Source: a virus
Taxonomy: Duplodnaviria; Caudoviricetes
Reading direction: 5' to 3' (one strand)
Virus record (IMG/VR): IMGVR_UViG_3300021425_002620
DNA length: 64,000 nucleotides
Translations under genes and position numbers: made by a program
The notes under the pieces: generated by a model
Seen by the model: only the letters and a program-made list of their open reading frames with translations
Database searches by the model: none
What the model was told of the DNA's origin: nothing
Shown here: positions 61,846 through 64,000 of the stretch, piece after piece
Layout of the letters: each line of letters opens with the position of its first letter
Numbering within the stretch: the stretch's first letter is position 1

Positions 61846-64000
61846 GGGATTCCTCTACACACTCTAGTAATAGACTGTCAGAATCCTCTGTAGTTGTAAC
61901 AGTTACAGTTCCGCCATTTTTCAAATTACCAAACAGTAGTTCTTTTGATAGCGGTCTTTTAATTTCGTTATCAATAACACGCTGTAAAGGTCTTGCACCC
62001 ATTTTAGGATCAAATCCTTTGTCTACTAAGTAGTCGAGTGCTTCATCTGAAACTTTAATATTAACTCCTTTGTCTGTAACCATTTTTCTAAGTTCGACAA
62101 GAAACTTACCAACAATTTTAAGCATAACTTCTTTGTTCAACTTACCAAATGTAATTACACCATCTAGTCTATTTCGAAATTCTGGACTGAAGAACTTTTT
62201 AAGTTCAGTATCTTCGTAGTCTTTTTCAACTTCTTCGTTAAAGCCAATAGCATTTTTGTCTGCATCTTTGGCTCCAAGATTAGTTGTAAGAATCAAAATA
62301 GCATTTCTTGCATCAGCTTCTTTACCATTTGATCCTGTAACTTTACCATTGTCCATAATTTGTAGCAAAATTTGAGAAACATCTGGATGTGCTTTTTCAA
62401 TCTCATCTAATAGCAATACACAATTAGGACTTTCTTGTAATTTTGTAATTAACTGGCCTGCATTGTCTTCAAAACCTACATAACCCGGAGGCGAACCAAT
62501 TAATTTAGCAACTGAATGCTTTTCTTGATATTCACTCATATCAAATCGAACTAATTTAACACCTAGTTGAGTTGATAGTTGCTTTGCAGTTTCTGTTTTA
62601 CCTACACCTGTTGGACCCATAAATACAAATGAACCTACAGGCTTGTCATCAGGTTTCAAACCTGCTTGTGCAACTAGAATTTTATCAACAATATTATCAA
62701 TTGCTTCATCTTGACCGTACACTTCTGCTTTAAGATTTACTTCAAGATTAGCAAGTCCTGAAGTTTCTTTTTCAGCAATGTTTTCAACAGGCATATTAAT
62801 CATTTTAGCCAGTTCGAACTGTACTTCTTCTTCAGTTACTAACTTTTCAACTTCGGGGTCTTTTAGTTTAAATCTTGCACATGCAACATCAATAAGGTCA
62901 ATTGCTTTATCTGGTAACTTTTTATCACTTTGATATTTAATTGATAGTTTGACTGCCGCTTCGATTGCTTGTTCGGTAATACCGGTGCTATGAAATTCTT
63001 CGTAATACTTTTTAATACCACGTAAGATGTCTTTAGTTACTTCCGGAGTTGGCTCGTCGACAGTTACACGTTGGAATCTACGCATCAATGCACGATCCTT
63101 TTCAAAAGTTTTGCGATATTCTTCCCAAGTTGTACTTGCTACAACTTTAATATCACCTTTTGATAGTGCAGGTTTTAGCATATTTGCTAAATCATTTGTT
63201 TTGTCGCCACCACCGGCTCCGGCACCGTTCATCATGTGTGCTTCATCAATGAACATTACAGTCTTGCCTTTTTTCTGTAATGCTTTAATGACAAGTTTTA
63301 AACGTTCTTCAAAATCACCTCTATACTTTGAACCTGCAAGCATTGCGCCGATGTCAAGATTGTATACTTCGTACTCTTGTAGGAACGGAGGAACATTATC
63401 ATTAACAATATTATAAGCAAGGCCTTCAGCAATAGCAGTTTTACCAACACCAGGATCGCCTACAAGGATAACATTGTTTTTATTACGGCGTCCTAATGCC
63501 AAGGCAATACTTTCTAATTCTTCAGCACGACCAATAATTGGATCAATCTTATCTTTATTTGCTTCTTCGTTTAAGTTAGTTGTAAATGCACGTAGAGCTT
63601 TTTGCATTGCTCCAGACATTTCTTCGTCTTCAATTTCGTTTTCAACTTCTGAACTAATATATTCACTAAATGTTTCTTTTGAAACACCTGCCTTTTCAAT
63701 CCAGTAAGTTGCAATAGATTTTTTCTCGTTAAGAACACTTAGAAAAACATCACTTAGTTCTATGTTATTTCTTCCAATAAACAAAACTTGTGTAAAGGCC
63801 CTGTTTAAAACACGCTCAACTGTTTGTGTTTTTTTAGGTTTCCATTTTTTAATCTCAGGATCCATTTTAATATCATCGCACTGAGTTTTTAGATAATTTT
63901 CAAGATTGCTTTTAATAAAAACAGGATCTGCACCATACCCTTTAATAATAGTTTCAAAAGATGAATGACACATTAGAGCAAACACAAGATGCTCTAGTGT
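61832..64000 (-). CDS. clpA: ClpA/ClpB-family Hsp100 ATPase (start lies beyond the window)
   Basis: Two AAA+ modules GDPGVGKT/FIDE and GPTGVGKT/LLDE, RFDMSEY, GARPL; frame stays open to base 64000 (TLEHLVFAL, Clp N-domain); no long ClpB middle domain. Confidence 0.9.
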   Translation of the reverse strand, partial: TLEHLVFALMCHSSFETIIKGYGADPVFIKSNLENYLKTQCDDIKMDPEIKKWKPKKTQTVERVLNRAFTQVLFIGRNNIELSDVFLSVLNEKKSIATYWIEKAGVSKETFSEYISSEVENEIEDEEMSGAMQKALRAFTTNLNEEANKDKIDPIIGRAEELESIALALGRRNKNNVILVGDPGVGKTAIAEGLAYNIVNDNVPPFLQEYEVYNLDIGAMLAGSKYRGDFEERLKLVIKALQKKGKTVMFIDEAHMMNGAGAGGGDKTNDLANMLKPALSKGDIKVVASTTWEEYRKTFEKDRALMRRFQRVTVDEPTPEVTKDILRGIKKYYEEFHSTGITEQAIEAAVKLSIKYQSDKKLPDKAIDLIDVACARFKLKDPEVEKLVTEEEVQFELAKMINMPVENIAEKETSGLANLEVNLKAEVYGQDEAIDNIVDKILVAQAGLKPDDKPVGSFVFMGPTGVGKTETAKQLSTQLGVKLVRFDMSEYQEKHSVAKLIGSPPGYVGFEDNAGQLITKLQESPNCVLLLDEIEKAHPDVSQILLQIMDNGKVTGSNGKEADARNAILILTTNLGAKDADKNAIGFNEEVEKDYEDTELKKFFSPEFRNRLDGVITFGKLNKEVMLKIVGKFLVELRKMVTDKGVNIKVSDEALDYLVDKGFDPKMGARPLQRVIDNEIKRPLSKELLFGNLKNGGTVTVTTTEDSDSLLLECVEESLVTI

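Larger units (their letters stand above)
1..64000. mobile_element. Segment of a large T4-like/jumbo dsDNA bacteriophage genome
   Basis: gp43-like family B DNA polymerase, T4-type RNase H, gp9/gp10-like structural N-terminus, T4-type late promoter boxes (TAAATA), near gap-free gene packing with ATGA/TAATG overlaps, no ribosomal or other core cellular genes. Confidence 0.9.

Noticed and set aside
3061-63707. Numerous 60-140 aa ORFs in the track lying antisense or out of frame to longer genes (e.g. 3285..3605, 4089..4403, 32011..32439, 56118..56459, 63027..63416)
   Set aside because: Fully nested in well-supported genes, no RBS or motif, composition typical of shadow frames
1-64000. tRNA, rRNA or CRISPR array
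   Set aside because: Intergenic gaps are almost all under 110 bp and accounted for by promoters, terminators or small ORFs; no cloverleaf/T-loop pattern or regularly spaced repeats seen
1-64000. Stop-codon reassignment as in some jumbo phages
   Set aside because: Long conserved enzymes read intact in the standard code and TAA, TAG and TGA all terminate genes at tight overlaps
1-64000. Bacterial chromosome or NCLDV origin
   Set aside because: No core cellular genes; Shine-Dalgarno motifs, sigma70 and T4-type late promoters and gp43/rnh/gp10-like genes fit a tailed phage

Overview
AT-rich, gene-dense 64 kb segment of a large T4-like (probably jumbo, myovirus-type) dsDNA phage genome; no cellular housekeeping genes, tRNAs, rRNAs or CRISPR arrays were seen, and the standard genetic code reads through. 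Three zones: (1) 1-28.8 kb, a strand-switching island of tailoring enzymes (10 radical-SAM proteins including a B12-dependent one and two with a tetraether-synthase-like N-terminus, about 10 2OG-Fe(II)/cupin oxygenases, a QueC-like ATPase, glycosyl-, methyl- and acetyltransferases, a flavin halogenase homolog, two kinase-fold proteins, a truncated adenylation enzyme) with no visible scaffold or precursor gene; (2) 28.8-52.4 kb, all minus strand: fibre protein, MoxR/VWA pair, T4-type RNase H, and a replication-linked block in which DNA polymerase B, a probable clamp, sugar-nucleotide enzymes, a TGT/DpdA-like transglycosylase, a QueD-like (HRH) protein, a GT-B glycosyltransferase, a PRTase, FolE and QueE are co-oriented, pointing to 7-deazaguanine DNA modification, possibly with an undescribed sugar step; (3) 52.4-64 kb, minus strand: a run of proteins whose N-termini resemble T4 capsid-targeting sequences (including an RNA-ligase-like enzyme, a HIGH nucleotidyltransferase and a double ParB-fold protein), a gp9/gp10-like structural protein and a ClpA-like ATPase. 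Regulation is readable: near-consensus sigma70 promoters, T4-type late TAAATA boxes, and repeated placement of ATG exactly at the predicted +1 (leaderless mRNAs). All functional calls are from motif reading only; no database search was run.
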